64,000 bases of DNA from Candidatus Latescibacterota bacterium (GCA_965248435.1 OZ252100.1:3136001-3200000); one strand, 5' to 3'. Positions 45,813 to 55,968 are shown, numbered from the stretch's first letter. Made by a program: numbers and translations. The notes: generated from the sequence alone by a model not told the origin.

Positions 45813-46670
45813 ATGGAGATAAATCTTGGCGCGCAGCTTCTCCCTGAGGAGACGATCCGGCAGTTTGATGAGGAAGGGTATCTGATCATTCGCGAGGCGC
45901 TGGACGTGGGGACGATAGACTTGCTCACAGAGGCTGGCGACCGTCTCGTGTCCAGCGATCGTTCTGAGAACCGCCAAAGGAGTGAGGATGGTCAGTACGA
46001 CAGCTTTCGCAACTGCATTGCTCTGGACGATGCCTTTGTTCCACTCCTGGTCCACGGGAAGGTCTTTCCGATCGTCGTTCAGCTGCTGGGAGCCTACCTC
46101 CATTTAACGACTTCACATCTGATCTATAAATTCCCTGATCCCCACGACACATCCGCCTCGGTCCGTTCCCCTGAGTGGCATCGCGATTATGGGCGCCTGA
46201 CTCAGGATCTGGGTCACGCGGCGGTCCCGCGCGCTATGTTGAAGTGCGCTTATTACTTGACCGATTTGATCGAGCCGAACTCGGGAGCGACGCTGGTTGT
46301 GCCTGGAAGCAACCTGCTTCGCAAGCCGCTGGAGATTGCAGAGGGAGAGGCTGATCCTGATGGCGTTTTTGAGCCGCGTTTGAGGCGTGGAGACTGTCTT
46401 CTATTCGAGAACCGAACCTGGCACGCAGGCGCTGCGAACCTTTCTGATCACACGCGCAAGGCTGTTATGTTCGGGTATGGCTATCGCTGGGCTGCGCCGA
46501 TCGACTATCGAACTCAACCTGCTTCATTGTTAGAAAAGGTAGATCCATTGGGGCGCTATCTTCTGGGTGAACCCATGAAGGCGTCCAGCGAGTACCAGAT
46601 TAGCGGGGGGGAGAGCCCCCTGAGAGCCTGGTGTGAGAAACATGGGCTGCCTCTAGTGAGACCGCAGTAG
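45813..46670 (+). CDS. Phytanoyl-CoA dioxygenase (PhyH) family Fe/2OG oxygenase
   Basis: F.EEGYL, WHRD, G.T.VVPGS, GD.LLF...WH, R. Confidence 0.9.
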   Translation: MEINLGAQLLPEETIRQFDEEGYLIIREALDVGTIDLLTEAGDRLVSSDRSENRQRSEDGQYDSFRNCIALDDAFVPLLVHGKVFPIVVQLLGAYLHLTTSHLIYKFPDPHDTSASVRSPEWHRDYGRLTQDLGHAAVPRAMLKCAYYLTDLIEPNSGATLVVPGSNLLRKPLEIAEGEADPDGVFEPRLRRGDCLLFENRTWHAGAANLSDHTRKAVMFGYGYRWAAPIDYRTQPASLLEKVDPLGRYLLGEPMKASSEYQISGGESPLRAWCEKHGLPLVRPQ

Positions 46671-46674
46671 AAGC

Positions 46675-46761
46675 AGTTTCGAGTTGCGAGTTTAAAGTTT
46701 CTAGTCAAAACCGAAGCTCATCTGATATGAACTAGAAACCCGAGACTAGAAACCAGAAACT
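46675..46761. repeat. Inverted pair of AGTTTCT-type heptamer runs between convergent genes
   Basis: agtttcg agttgcg agtttaa agtttct agt ... act agaaacc cgagact agaaacc agaaact. Confidence 0.7.
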
Positions 46762-47399
46762 TTTTTCTGCCAGTTAAGCGCCAGGGCTTTCACGGCCAGG
46801 TAGAGGACGGCTCCGTTCAAGATGTGCCAGAGGAAGTGGGTACCGAAGGGCACAAGATCACAAACGACGGAATCTATCGTGCGGAAGGTGAGTGAGACCA
46901 GGAAGATTGCGGATGCAACGAGCAGGGCCAGGCGTGCCCGCTTTTTGGTGATGTAGTGGTATGATCCAAAACAGATCAAGACCAGGAGGCCGGGGGCGTA
47001 TGAAAGCGACCTGTTCAAGACATCAGGGAGCTGCCTTCCGAGAACGGCCAAGATGAAGAAGCAGCAAAGGGTCGCTCCGGATGCTGCCCGGCTCAGCTGG
47101 ATGATCCGCCTCGAGTAGAGCCAAACGAAACATATTTGAAAGAGGAGGATCGGGGTCACGTCGAGAAGCTGTGCCCAGGTCGTCGCGAGGGTGTGAAATA
47201 AGGTGCTGCCGATCCCGATCGCGAGGATGAGCGCGATCAGAAGCGTGGCCGCGCTCGATTCCCTGTCGGAGTTACGGACCAACCTCCAGGCGGCCCAGGC
47301 TGCGGCGAAGAACGCGAGGTTCGTCAGCGCATTCATCGGTTCCGCCCATAGCCCGGGCTCGGTTCGCTCGCAGTATAGATCGACGCACCCAGAGGTCAC
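46746..47399 (-). CDS. Ceramidase-domain (CREST superfamily) membrane protein
   Basis: YCERT.PGLWAEP.NA.TN, GS.LFH, D..PI, D..C..GTHFLWH; multiple TM segments. Confidence 0.88.
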   Translation of the reverse strand: MTSGCVDLYCERTEPGLWAEPMNALTNLAFFAAAWAAWRLVRNSDRESSAATLLIALILAIGIGSTLFHTLATTWAQLLDVTPILLFQICFVWLYSRRIIQLSRAASGATLCCFFILAVLGRQLPDVLNRSLSYAPGLLVLICFGSYHYITKKRARLALLVASAIFLVSLTFRTIDSVVCDLVPFGTHFLWHILNGAVLYLAVKALALNWQKKVSGF

Positions 47400-47504
47400 G
47401 GGTTGCCCCTATTCGCTACGATTTCTGAATCTCGGAGCGCGCAGACTCGTTAAAGGGAGTGAATCAAGAGGACTACACGACACTCTAAGATGGGGGTCTA
47501 AAGG

Positions 47505-47783
47505 ATGGAACGGAAACGATTTTGGCTCTTGACTGCTGTGGTGATCGCATCCGGCCTGCTCGGGGGATCGGTATCGACCCTGTTTCTGAATGGTGGTTCA
47601 GTCTTCGCCAAGTCAACGGAGGTTGTCGAGGCAAGGGAATTTCACCTGACGGACAAAGAAGGGAATGTCGTGGCCAAGCTGTTCGCCGTGAATCCTGGAC
47701 ATCCGGTCCTGCATCTGACTGATGGCGCGGGAAACTCCGTATGGACGATGCCACCCGAGACCAAGATGATGTTTGTGAAGTAG
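47505..47783 (+). CDS. Small hypothetical exported/membrane-anchored protein
   Basis: RBS, hydrophobic N-terminus, VVEAREFHLTDKEGNV...LHLTDGAGN. Confidence 0.65.
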   Translation: MERKRFWLLTAVVIASGLLGGSVSTLFLNGGSVFAKSTEVVEAREFHLTDKEGNVVAKLFAVNPGHPVLHLTDGAGNSVWTMPPETKMMFVK

Positions 47784-47807
47784 CTCGGCTCTCAGAAACA
47801 GAATCGG

Positions 47808-48563
47808 CTACTTTCTTGTGGCCACAAAGAGCATGGCAGATTCGATCTTGGTGATCCTGCCGCCGTGCTGCTCGATCACTTGCCTTATGCCCTCGAAGAG
47901 TCCTTCTCGCGTCTCAGGATCGAGCTTCTGGTGGCTCGAGTTGGTGTTGAGCAATCCGACGAAATTATCCGCGTTGAAGTCCTGTTCCCACTGATAGGTC
48001 CTCACCTCGACCTGTGAAAACAGGCCTGTGTCCAGTATCTCCAGCTCGGAATTCCGGATCGACTTGTAGAAGTTCCTCTGTGAATCCTCCAGCCCGGGCG
48101 CAAATTTCCGATATACCTGACGGATGTCTTCAAATACCGGTGAGAAGGATGGCACGTGGTTCATCCAGAACGGTGCGAACACACCCCTTTCTTTCAAACA
48201 GCCAGCGACCTTCTGATACTTCGTCTGAGGATCCAGGAAGTGGAATGCGGTCGCAGAGGTGCAGAGATCGTATCGATCTTCCGGTTCCCATTCCTCGAAG
48301 ACCATGTTTCGAAATGAGACATTTGAGAAGTCCTGGAGCTTCTGTTTCGCGATTCTGATCAAGTCCGGTCCGGGTTCAATGCAGAGGATCGAGAAGCCCA
48401 TCTGCGCGAGCGCTTCGGTTGCCTTTCCCGTGCCGCTCCCGACCTCGAGGACCTTCGCGTCCGATGAGACTCCCGACAGCTCGCGCAGGTCGTCGAACAG
48501 CTTTGCGGGATAGGTTTGACGATACCTCTCGTACTCGGAGGCAAGGTTGTCAAATACCTGCAC
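47808..48563 (-). CDS. Class I SAM-dependent methyltransferase
   Basis: FD..A..Y..YR..YP, VLEVGSGTGKAT, SATAFH. Confidence 0.9.
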   Translation of the reverse strand: MQVFDNLASEYERYRQTYPAKLFDDLRELSGVSSDAKVLEVGSGTGKATEALAQMGFSILCIEPGPDLIRIAKQKLQDFSNVSFRNMVFEEWEPEDRYDLCTSATAFHFLDPQTKYQKVAGCLKERGVFAPFWMNHVPSFSPVFEDIRQVYRKFAPGLEDSQRNFYKSIRNSELEILDTGLFSQVEVRTYQWEQDFNADNFVGLLNTNSSHQKLDPETREGLFEGIRQVIEQHGGRITKIESAMLFVATRK

Positions 48564-48621
48564 GATATCAGGATACTTTTCGAAATGAGAGATTTCGGGC
48601 CTCCTCGGTCGCCGGCTCCGA

Positions 48622-49944
48622 TCAAAAATGCGGTAGAACCCAAAGCACCCACGATGCCCACACGACAGCCGGTATCATCGCTAGAGCCATCGATTCTCGA
48701 AAGATGTTTACCCATTCATCAGATTTCGCCTGCCAGAGTCTCGCGACGACGATTGCGAGGATCAGCAATGTGACGATGTTCCAACCGAGAACGGCGTGGC
48801 GATTCGGCGTTAGTCCAAGTGTTGTAGTACGAGTGATGATCGCCGCCAACGCATAGATGTTGAGGAGAATCGTCAGGAGGCCTACGGAGAGGATTGCGTG
48901 GCGCAGCATCCGGTCGAGCGCCTCGGTCCGCTGCTCATCCGATTCTGTAGCCGCGGCGGCTAGCAAGGCAATGATCGCCATAATCGTGGCGTTGTAGACG
49001 ATGAGGACCTCACGCTCCTCGAAGGGTCGCCAGAAGTATAGAGGAATGAACCAGCAGACGTAGACCGCCAGCACACCAAGGGCAAGTGGCAGCAACAGTC
49101 GGGTCAATATCCTGAGGATGCGTGCCAGGCCTGTAGCCCAGTTTTGATCGGTCGGGCTCAGCGCGGGATCATAGACACTCGCCAGGGCCAGTATCGGGAT
49201 GACACCCATCCCCCAGGCCGCCACGGTTCGAAGGCTATCCTGGGAAAGCTCCATTCCCAGAACGTTGAATATCCCGAAGGTCAGTCCTCCAAATATTACC
49301 CCGGCAACAAAATAGACACCGGCGGTCAGCATCGTCTCTACCGACTTCACGAGGAAGGCATAAAACTGGCGAGCCCTATCTGGGTCACCGAAGGCCAAAG
49401 CTCCCCCTACGACTGACCAAACGACGAACGGGAGATGCAGCGAGACAAGGATCGCCTTTTGACCTGTTTCGCCCCAAGCCATAAGCGCAGTTATCAGACC
49501 GGCAAGGGATATGATCAAGGCTACTGTTCCGAACCGCCTGAGACGGTCCCCGATTGGATTCGTCATCGCAAGAAAGAAGAGAAGGCCCAACGCGGTCAGG
49601 GGCCCCCACCCGATCCAAAACAGTGGATTTGCCTGATTAGGATCCGGCACGGGAGGTTTGTCACCTGCGAAAAGCGCGTAGAGTGCGCCCAAAACAACGC
49701 TGCCGGCAATGGCCACCCACCAATGGCGGTCCTTGTCTGGAATTGGAGCTCCCGACGCCGCTTCCGGGGGTTGGTGAATGTCCAGTCGGTAGGACCATGC
49801 TGAAAAAAGCGTATCGTCCGGATACGCCTTTACGGATTCAGCGATGGCTTCTTTAAAGGCCCGCTCCTCATCCGCCTGTCGATACAGCCTCTCCAGCGCG
49901 GCTGCATCTCCTTTTGCTTGTTGGACCTGATCCTTAAGTGTCAT
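48622..49944 (-). CDS. Multi-pass membrane protein (DUF4153-like)
   Basis: About ten TM segments; LERLYR N-terminus; REVLIVYN and GLTPNR..VLG.N motifs. Confidence 0.7.
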   Translation of the reverse strand: MTLKDQVQQAKGDAAALERLYRQADEERAFKEAIAESVKAYPDDTLFSAWSYRLDIHQPPEAASGAPIPDKDRHWWVAIAGSVVLGALYALFAGDKPPVPDPNQANPLFWIGWGPLTALGLLFFLAMTNPIGDRLRRFGTVALIISLAGLITALMAWGETGQKAILVSLHLPFVVWSVVGGALAFGDPDRARQFYAFLVKSVETMLTAGVYFVAGVIFGGLTFGIFNVLGMELSQDSLRTVAAWGMGVIPILALASVYDPALSPTDQNWATGLARILRILTRLLLPLALGVLAVYVCWFIPLYFWRPFEEREVLIVYNATIMAIIALLAAAATESDEQRTEALDRMLRHAILSVGLLTILLNIYALAAIITRTTTLGLTPNRHAVLGWNIVTLLILAIVVARLWQAKSDEWVNIFRESMALAMIPAVVWASWVLWVLPHF

Positions 49945-50007
49945 TTCTCATCCAAGACGCTATCGGGGACCCTCTCTTGTGGAGTGCCGGCATCAGCGAA
50001 GGCCGCC

Positions 50008-50568
50008 TCACTGCATAAGGTGTGCGAGTGCGGGTTCGATCGTGGAGACAGGATAACAGAGTCTGACCAGGCCGGAGGTGGACGGCGATTCCACTTCGAA
50101 GACCAGGAGGACGGTTTCCTCTTCAGGATCGACGAGTTCGAGAAGGGATGGACTCGTTTCCAACATCGCATCTGCAACCTCTATTTCCAGCTTTGATTTC
50201 CAGGTTTCCTGCAAGTCGTCCATCGTCTTTGTATACCGAAGATTGAGAATGTCACGATGTTCCGGTCCCAGGACGTCGGCTCGGATTTCGTCGAGCCCCA
50301 TCTTCACTTCACTGGAGATGAGCAAGTGGACCGCCTCCAGGGAATAGTCTATAAGTGCAGGGCCGTCGAGTCCTTTGACCGTGAAGGTGTATGTATAGAC
50401 CAGCTCTGGTAGAGAGGCGACGAACTCGCCAAATGTCGTTTGGTCCGAAAACATAAAAACCACCGTGACCTCTTCGCCTACGATTTCGGTGTATGATGAC
50501 GCCATCCTGCTGGCCAGGTTGGCGTGGTGGTGCTCGATCGCTTTCACTTGCACATTGCTCAAGCCCAC
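50008..50568 (-). CDS. FliM middle-domain (CheC-fold)-like protein
   Basis: DQTTFGEFVASLP, L.G.ALI, ETSP..P.E..LLVFEV, LCYP..IEP resemble the FliM central domain; no N-terminal CheY-binding peptide or SPOA domain. Confidence 0.65.
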   Translation of the reverse strand: MGLSNVQVKAIEHHHANLASRMASSYTEIVGEEVTVVFMFSDQTTFGEFVASLPELVYTYTFTVKGLDGPALIDYSLEAVHLLISSEVKMGLDEIRADVLGPEHRDILNLRYTKTMDDLQETWKSKLEIEVADAMLETSPSLLELVDPEEETVLLVFEVESPSTSGLVRLCYPVSTIEPALAHLMQ

Positions 50569-50581
50569 GGGAGACCTCCAC

Positions 50582-51016
50582 TCAGATTGGGTAGGCCGGC
50601 TCCTCCGACCATCGACAGATTTCTTCGAGGATTCCTGGAATTGTCAACAGGCCCGCGGTCCACAAGTAGACCCGATCCCGCTCCGCCAGTTCGTTCAGTC
50701 CGATCCAGGCCATATCCACGATGATCTGTTTGTCCCCGAGTTCCGGATCGAACCCCCTGGCCGGTTCCTGTGTCCCTACATCTACCCAGTATGTGTAGTG
50801 CTGATCATCGGGAGCGTATGTAGTGACCGCAGTCGGCCGGATCACGACGCCCTCCACACAACATTCTTCTGAGAGTTCCCGGAGTGCGGCCTGTTCCGGG
50901 GTCTCTTCTGCTTCAATCCCTCCCCCAGGCAGACACCACCACTCCTCCTCCTGATGGGCGTGTCTAACCATCAGGAGCTTATTCCGCCTGTAAACGATCG
51001 ACTGTGCGCGTGACAT
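50582..51016 (-). CDS. NUDIX hydrolase
   Basis: LPGGGIEAEETPEQAALRELSEE Nudix box. Confidence 0.92.
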   Translation of the reverse strand: MSRAQSIVYRRNKLLMVRHAHQEEEWWCLPGGGIEAEETPEQAALRELSEECCVEGVVIRPTAVTTYAPDDQHYTYWVDVGTQEPARGFDPELGDKQIIVDMAWIGLNELAERDRVYLWTAGLLTIPGILEEICRWSEEPAYPI

Positions 51017-51060
51017 TGGATCTCTGTCAAACAGACCTGGATGCTGGTAGAACAGGATGT

Positions 51061-51420
51061 TCAGATCTTAGCATCGATCTGACCCGCAAAGGTCTGAACC
51101 AGGATCTTCCCGTCTCTAATGACGAACGTGTCGGTGCCCAATGGGACATCGTGTGAGTCGGAGGCGGCGGACCATAAGATGTAGGCGACTTCTCCATGAA
51201 TCACCTGCTGCTGCATATCAAAGGACGTGGAATCGGGTGGAAGCACATTGTCGAAGAAGTGCTCAAACAGAGGCCGAATCTCATCGGAGCCATTCAGTGG
51301 ACCGTCAGGCGTGATGATGACCGACTCATCCGTATAGTCTTCCATAATGGCTTCTACATCTCCCTCGCCAAAGGCCTGAAGGTGGTGCATCAGTACACGC
51401 TCAGTCTGCTCGCTCGACAT
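51061..51420 (-). CDS. NTF2/SnoaL-like protein
   Basis: HHLQAF..GD.EAIM.DY, GTDTFVIRDGKI..QTF. Confidence 0.85.
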   Translation of the reverse strand: MSSEQTERVLMHHLQAFGEGDVEAIMEDYTDESVIITPDGPLNGSDEIRPLFEHFFDNVLPPDSTSFDMQQQVIHGEVAYILWSAASDSHDVPLGTDTFVIRDGKILVQTFAGQIDAKI

Positions 51421-51468
51421 GGTGAATTCCTCCTGCTTACGGTGTGTTCGTGCGCAATTTCCGCCTGA

Positions 51469-52746
51469 TCATCCAAACTTTGTCAGATGCTCGTAGAACC
51501 AGGAGACGGGAAGCCCCAAACATACGTCGGCCCTGTAGGGTTCCGTCTCCTCCTGGGTCAATTCATATCCCGGTCTGCCCTGCTCGTCGATGATGTAAAG
51601 TTCTCTTTTCGCCGTTCGGTAACGAACGATCGCCGTCTCATTCCAGAAATCCAGGAAGGGATAGGTCGCCTCCATATCGTTGGCCGGAAGTCTGGAGGCT
51701 TTAAGCATGGCCCGGTAGGTTCCCGGCAGGGGTGGTTCCACGTAGGTCCGGTCACCTTCCTGCTGGAAGGTGGAGAAGACGTTCCGGCTGTGGCTCCAGG
51801 TGGCCCCGCCATTCATGCTGACGGCGGTGGAGATGCGGTGGCGCTGAAAACCCCGCTGCGTCTCGTCTGGGGAGGACTGATTCCAGATAATGAGCAGGTG
51901 ATCCGATCCCGGCATCCGGCCGATGGCGGCCGGCGCGAGCGACGAGGCCAGGCTTGTCGGCTCGGGGAGGCTCCAGGTGTCGCCGTTATCGTTCGACCAG
52001 GACTGGTAGAGCCTTCCCAGGGGGGTGCGGAGGATCATCAGGAGATGCTCAGGACTCACTTCAACGACCACCGGCTCGTTGGCCCGGTAGTGGCCTCCTG
52101 CGGATTCGTCCAGCGTGACAAAGAGCTCTCCTCCGCCGGCCCAAACCCCCTTCTCGCGATTCGGCTGCCAGGTGGCCCCCTCGTCGTCGGAGTGATAGAT
52201 CCAGCAGTATGTGAAGAAGTTCTCGTAGCCGTGGTGTCCGATCAGGGCCAGGTCATCACCGAACAGGGCGCGGCCTTTCTCGCGCATCGTGCTGCCGACG
52301 AGCGCGTAGACGGGAGCGATGATGCGCCCCGTTGACGTGACGGTGACCCCGCTGTGCAACACCGAGTTGTTGTTGGGTTCACCGACATACGTCGGGGTGG
52401 ACCAGGTGGCGCCCTCGTCTTCAGATCGGGCAAACCAGTCCCGCTTCAAGTATCGCTCTCTTCCGGTCACCCGAAAGAACCCACCGAGGCTTCCGGACTT
52501 CAACCTGACGAAGTGTCGAAAAATGAGCTCGGCATCTTTACCGTCCTCCCATTTCATGGGCTCGGGATCGGCCCAGGTTTTTCCTCCATCCTCGGAAAGG
52601 CGCCTGCCGGAATCGGTCGACCACATCAACGAGCCTTCTTTGAGCTCGACAGTTGCACCGTAGTCGCTGCCGACGTGCAGAAAAAGGGCGTCCTCGGGCG
52701 TGAAGGACTTGACTTGATCGATGTATGCTTGATCGGCCATGGGCAT
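51469..52746 (-). CDS. BNR Asp-box (sialidase-fold) protein
   Basis: SEDGGKTW, SEDEGATWS, SDDEGATW, SNDNGDTWS, SMNGGATW, EP, YP. Confidence 0.85.
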   Translation of the reverse strand: MPMADQAYIDQVKSFTPEDALFLHVGSDYGATVELKEGSLMWSTDSGRRLSEDGGKTWADPEPMKWEDGKDAELIFRHFVRLKSGSLGGFFRVTGRERYLKRDWFARSEDEGATWSTPTYVGEPNNNSVLHSGVTVTSTGRIIAPVYALVGSTMREKGRALFGDDLALIGHHGYENFFTYCWIYHSDDEGATWQPNREKGVWAGGGELFVTLDESAGGHYRANEPVVVEVSPEHLLMILRTPLGRLYQSWSNDNGDTWSLPEPTSLASSLAPAAIGRMPGSDHLLIIWNQSSPDETQRGFQRHRISTAVSMNGGATWSHSRNVFSTFQQEGDRTYVEPPLPGTYRAMLKASRLPANDMEATYPFLDFWNETAIVRYRTAKRELYIIDEQGRPGYELTQEETEPYRADVCLGLPVSWFYEHLTKFG

Positions 52747-52758
52747 GACTCCCTGTAC

Positions 52759-54714
52759 TTACTCCTTTAAGAGGAATTCTTCCAGAAAAAGCGCGACAGC
52801 GTTCTCGTGATAGTCGCGATTCTGCTTTTTTCTGAAGCCGTGTCCTTCGTCGTTGAATAAGAGGTACCAGACCTGGCTGCCATTCTTCTTGATCGCATCT
52901 ACGATTTGCTCGGATTCGCCCGCGGGAACTCGCGGATCGTTAAGTCCCTGGGCGACGAACATAGGCCTGGTGATCCTGTGAGCGTTGGATGTAGGCGATA
53001 TGCGCGTCAGAAACTTCCGCATTTCAGGATCGCGCTCGTCGCCGTATTCCACCCGCCTCAAGTCGCGGCGGTAGCCTTTTGTGTTCTCCAGGAAGGTAAC
53101 GAAATTGCTGATGCCGACCGCTTCTGTGCCACACCGGATCCGATTGCCGAAACGGATCATGGAAGAGAGCACCATGTAACCACCGTAGGAGCCGCCCATC
53201 AGGGCGATACGATCGGCATCAAGTTCGGGCCGAGTTTGAATCCAATCGAGGAGGGCCCCGATATCCCTGACGGAGTCCTCGCGCTTGTAGCCGTTGTCCA
53301 GCTTCAAGTAACTCTTCCCGTAACCTGCCGAGCCGCGGACGTTGGGGGCCAGCACCGCCACGCCCAGTTCGGTGACATAGTACTGCGTGGTGGCCCTGAA
53401 GAATGGGCGGTACTGTATTTCAGGGCCACCGTGGATGTGAATCAGCACAGGATGTGGACCTTTGCCACGAGGCCTGTAGTAAAAGCAAGGAATTTTGCGG
53501 TCAAAGGTCGGGTAGTTCACCAACTCGGGCACGAGGAAGTTTCCCGTATCGAGTCCCCCTACTTCGCTGTAGGTCCAGCGCTCCAAAGCACCGTCACGCA
53601 GGTCCAGGACGTAGATGTCGCCCGGGGTGCGCGGTGTAACGATGCCCAGAGCAAGCCGGTTGTTGTCGGGATGGAATCTCAGCCCGCTTATCTGTCCGGC
53701 AGGAAGCCCCTTCACTGGCTCGTAGCGCAGGGAGGCTGTGTCCAGAAGGTAGACCCTGGAGATCCCACCTTCGTTCGTCGTAAACGCGAGTCGGTCACCT
53801 CGAGGAGACAGATGGAGTTCTCTGACATCCCAGGGGATATCCGGGGTGAGGTCGGTGAATTTCCTGATTTCGAGATCGTAATACTTTAGACGGTGGAACT
53901 CGCTGTCTTCATCGTGTACGATAAACAGACCCCGCCCGTGCTTCGCCCATCGGGCAGATCCATAGGCGACCCGCTCTTCTTTGGGATTGATTTGTTCCAG
54001 TTGGCGGGTTTCCACATCGAGGATGTAGTAGTACGACTCAGTGACCGACACGTACTTCTCGACGAGAATCGACCGGTCGTCGGGTGACCAGTCGACGGGC
54101 CCCCACGCCCCGCCTGCCTCCAGTAAACTCTTTGATTCGAGCGGATTTTCCATATCGACCAGCAGCAAATCCCAATCGCGCTCATTTCGTCGGGTGCTGT
54201 GGTAAACGAAACGATCTCCCTTGTTGGACCACTTCCCGCTCCCATTGCGGGAAGTGCTGTCCGACAGCATAGTATGGCGACCTGTGTGCATGTCGAACAG
54301 GAAGAGCTGGTAGGCCTCACTGCCAGCACTGTCCTTGCGGTAGAGGAATTCCCTTCTGGTCGGGCCTGGGCGTACGGTCACACCCCCAACGGGCTCCGGG
54401 AAGAAGGTGAGCTGCCGCCGAGCGCCGCCCGGTTCGTCCACAATGTGAATCTGCGAGGTCTCACCGAAGCGCGTCCCGATAAGGAGTGATTTGCCGTCAG
54501 GTGTCCAATCGTAGATCCAGGCGGAACGGGTATTCTGGTACTGTTGCATGCGATCGATAATACGCGCTGGGATTTCGGGAATGCCGTCGGTGACCCGATT
54601 CCCCTTCTCCAGGCGATCCGCCCGTAAGCCGAAAGGCTGGAAGAAGAGCGGGGCGAACGCGAGCAAGACGACGGTTGTCGATATCACGGGTTTTGCCATC
54701 AGATTCTCTGCCAC
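52759..54714 (-). CDS. S9 family (acylaminoacyl/dipeptidyl) peptidase, exported
   Basis: Signal peptide, propeller repeats, HGGPE, GGSYGG, NDPRVP, DEGHGF. Confidence 0.95.
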   Translation of the reverse strand: MAENLMAKPVISTTVVLLAFAPLFFQPFGLRADRLEKGNRVTDGIPEIPARIIDRMQQYQNTRSAWIYDWTPDGKSLLIGTRFGETSQIHIVDEPGGARRQLTFFPEPVGGVTVRPGPTRREFLYRKDSAGSEAYQLFLFDMHTGRHTMLSDSTSRNGSGKWSNKGDRFVYHSTRRNERDWDLLLVDMENPLESKSLLEAGGAWGPVDWSPDDRSILVEKYVSVTESYYYILDVETRQLEQINPKEERVAYGSARWAKHGRGLFIVHDEDSEFHRLKYYDLEIRKFTDLTPDIPWDVRELHLSPRGDRLAFTTNEGGISRVYLLDTASLRYEPVKGLPAGQISGLRFHPDNNRLALGIVTPRTPGDIYVLDLRDGALERWTYSEVGGLDTGNFLVPELVNYPTFDRKIPCFYYRPRGKGPHPVLIHIHGGPEIQYRPFFRATTQYYVTELGVAVLAPNVRGSAGYGKSYLKLDNGYKREDSVRDIGALLDWIQTRPELDADRIALMGGSYGGYMVLSSMIRFGNRIRCGTEAVGISNFVTFLENTKGYRRDLRRVEYGDERDPEMRKFLTRISPTSNAHRITRPMFVAQGLNDPRVPAGESEQIVDAIKKNGSQVWYLLFNDEGHGFRKKQNRDYHENAVALFLEEFLLKE

Positions 54715-54725
54715 CCTCCGATGCG

Positions 54726-55160
54726 TTACTTGACTTCGATCAGCTGCACCTCGAAGATCAGGGTCGCGTTCTTCGGGATCGCCGGTGGATGACCTCCAGG
54801 TCCGTAGCCCAATGCGGGAGGGACCTTCAGGTGCCGAATACCTCCGACCTTCATGGTCATCACACCCTCGTCCCAGCCCCTGATGACCCTCCTGCGCCCG
54901 ATCTCGAAGCTGAAGGGCTTCTTCTTCACGACCGAGCTGTCGAATCGCTTGCCGCTCGTCAGCCAGCCCGTGTAGTGAACCACGACTTGCTTACCCTTGA
55001 CGGGTGATGCGCCTCCGCCAGCCTTGAAGTCGAAATACTGCAGTCCGCTTTCCGTTTTCAGGTATTTCGACGGGTCGACAGGGGTTGGCGCTGCTGTCGA
55101 TACCTCCTCCTTGCTCTTCTCCTTCTCCGACCCTGAGAATAGACGGCTCAGCAGACCCAT
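54726..55160 (-). CDS. FKBP-type peptidyl-prolyl isomerase
   Basis: VHYTGWL, FDSS, VIRGWDEG, LGYG, IPKNATLIFEVQL; probable start MGLLSRLF. Confidence 0.93.
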   Translation of the reverse strand: MGLLSRLFSGSEKEKSKEEVSTAAPTPVDPSKYLKTESGLQYFDFKAGGGASPVKGKQVVVHYTGWLTSGKRFDSSVVKKKPFSFEIGRRRVIRGWDEGVMTMKVGGIRHLKVPPALGYGPGGHPPAIPKNATLIFEVQLIEVK

Positions 55161-55170
55161 GACTGTCCTT

Positions 55171-55968
55171 TCATTGAGGTTTCTCGATCTTCCAGGATGA
55201 ATAGACTTCCTTTTCGTAAACGATCTCAAATCCTTTCCGACGCAGGTTACCCAGTGAGGTCTTCAACATGTAGAGCGTCTCGGTGAATATACGCTCGCAT
55301 CCGAGGTCCAACGCCTTGTTTACCCTCTCGACGATCAGGGCGCTCTGCCCGCCTCGGGAACGGTGACCTTCTGCCGTCCCTGCCAGCATCAGCAGGGCAG
55401 CGGCCTCCTTAACATAGAGTACGGCGGCTGACACGGGTCGCTGTCCGTCAAGCGCGACGTAGTGATGGAAGCCCGGCTTCCCACAGGTGTCGAGATAGAG
55501 CTTACTGAACTCTCCGTAAAAGGCGAGAAGATCATCGCGATAGCCAGAGAGCGTCCCTTTCTCGACCTGTCTGACGAGCAAGGTTGTGTCGTGTTTAGGA
55601 AGCTTATCGCCCGTGTAGATCAGCGTCGGATATCCTGTGCCCTGGAACCGGGAGAGTCCGGTTCGGGTGATCCAGGACCTGATTCTTTCCTCGTATGGAC
55701 AGGGGCTGAGCCACAGGAACCACTTCGAGACATCGGCTGCTCCAAACCGGACGGCGATTTCGTCCAGCTCGTCGTTCCGAGGCTCCTGCTCGCTGCCGAG
55801 AAACTTGGCTTGATTGTGATTCGTGGACGGGTAGTCTGATTGCCTCCCTGGATCCAGTGTGAGGTATCCACCGGCAAGGTCGATCAGCTCGGCACCCAGC
55901 ATGTGTCGATCGATTTCCCTGTAGATGCCTGTAAGCAGGTGTGCACAATAAGCGGGATCTTGCTGCAT
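55171..55968 (-). CDS. GNAT family acetyltransferase
   Basis: AGT..HRSRGGQSALI..R, S..NL.R.GF. Confidence 0.8.
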   Translation of the reverse strand: MQQDPAYCAHLLTGIYREIDRHMLGAELIDLAGGYLTLDPGRQSDYPSTNHNQAKFLGSEQEPRNDELDEIAVRFGAADVSKWFLWLSPCPYEERIRSWITRTGLSRFQGTGYPTLIYTGDKLPKHDTTLLVRQVEKGTLSGYRDDLLAFYGEFSKLYLDTCGKPGFHHYVALDGQRPVSAAVLYVKEAAALLMLAGTAEGHRSRGGQSALIVERVNKALDLGCERIFTETLYMLKTSLGNLRRKGFEIVYEKEVYSSWKIEKPQ

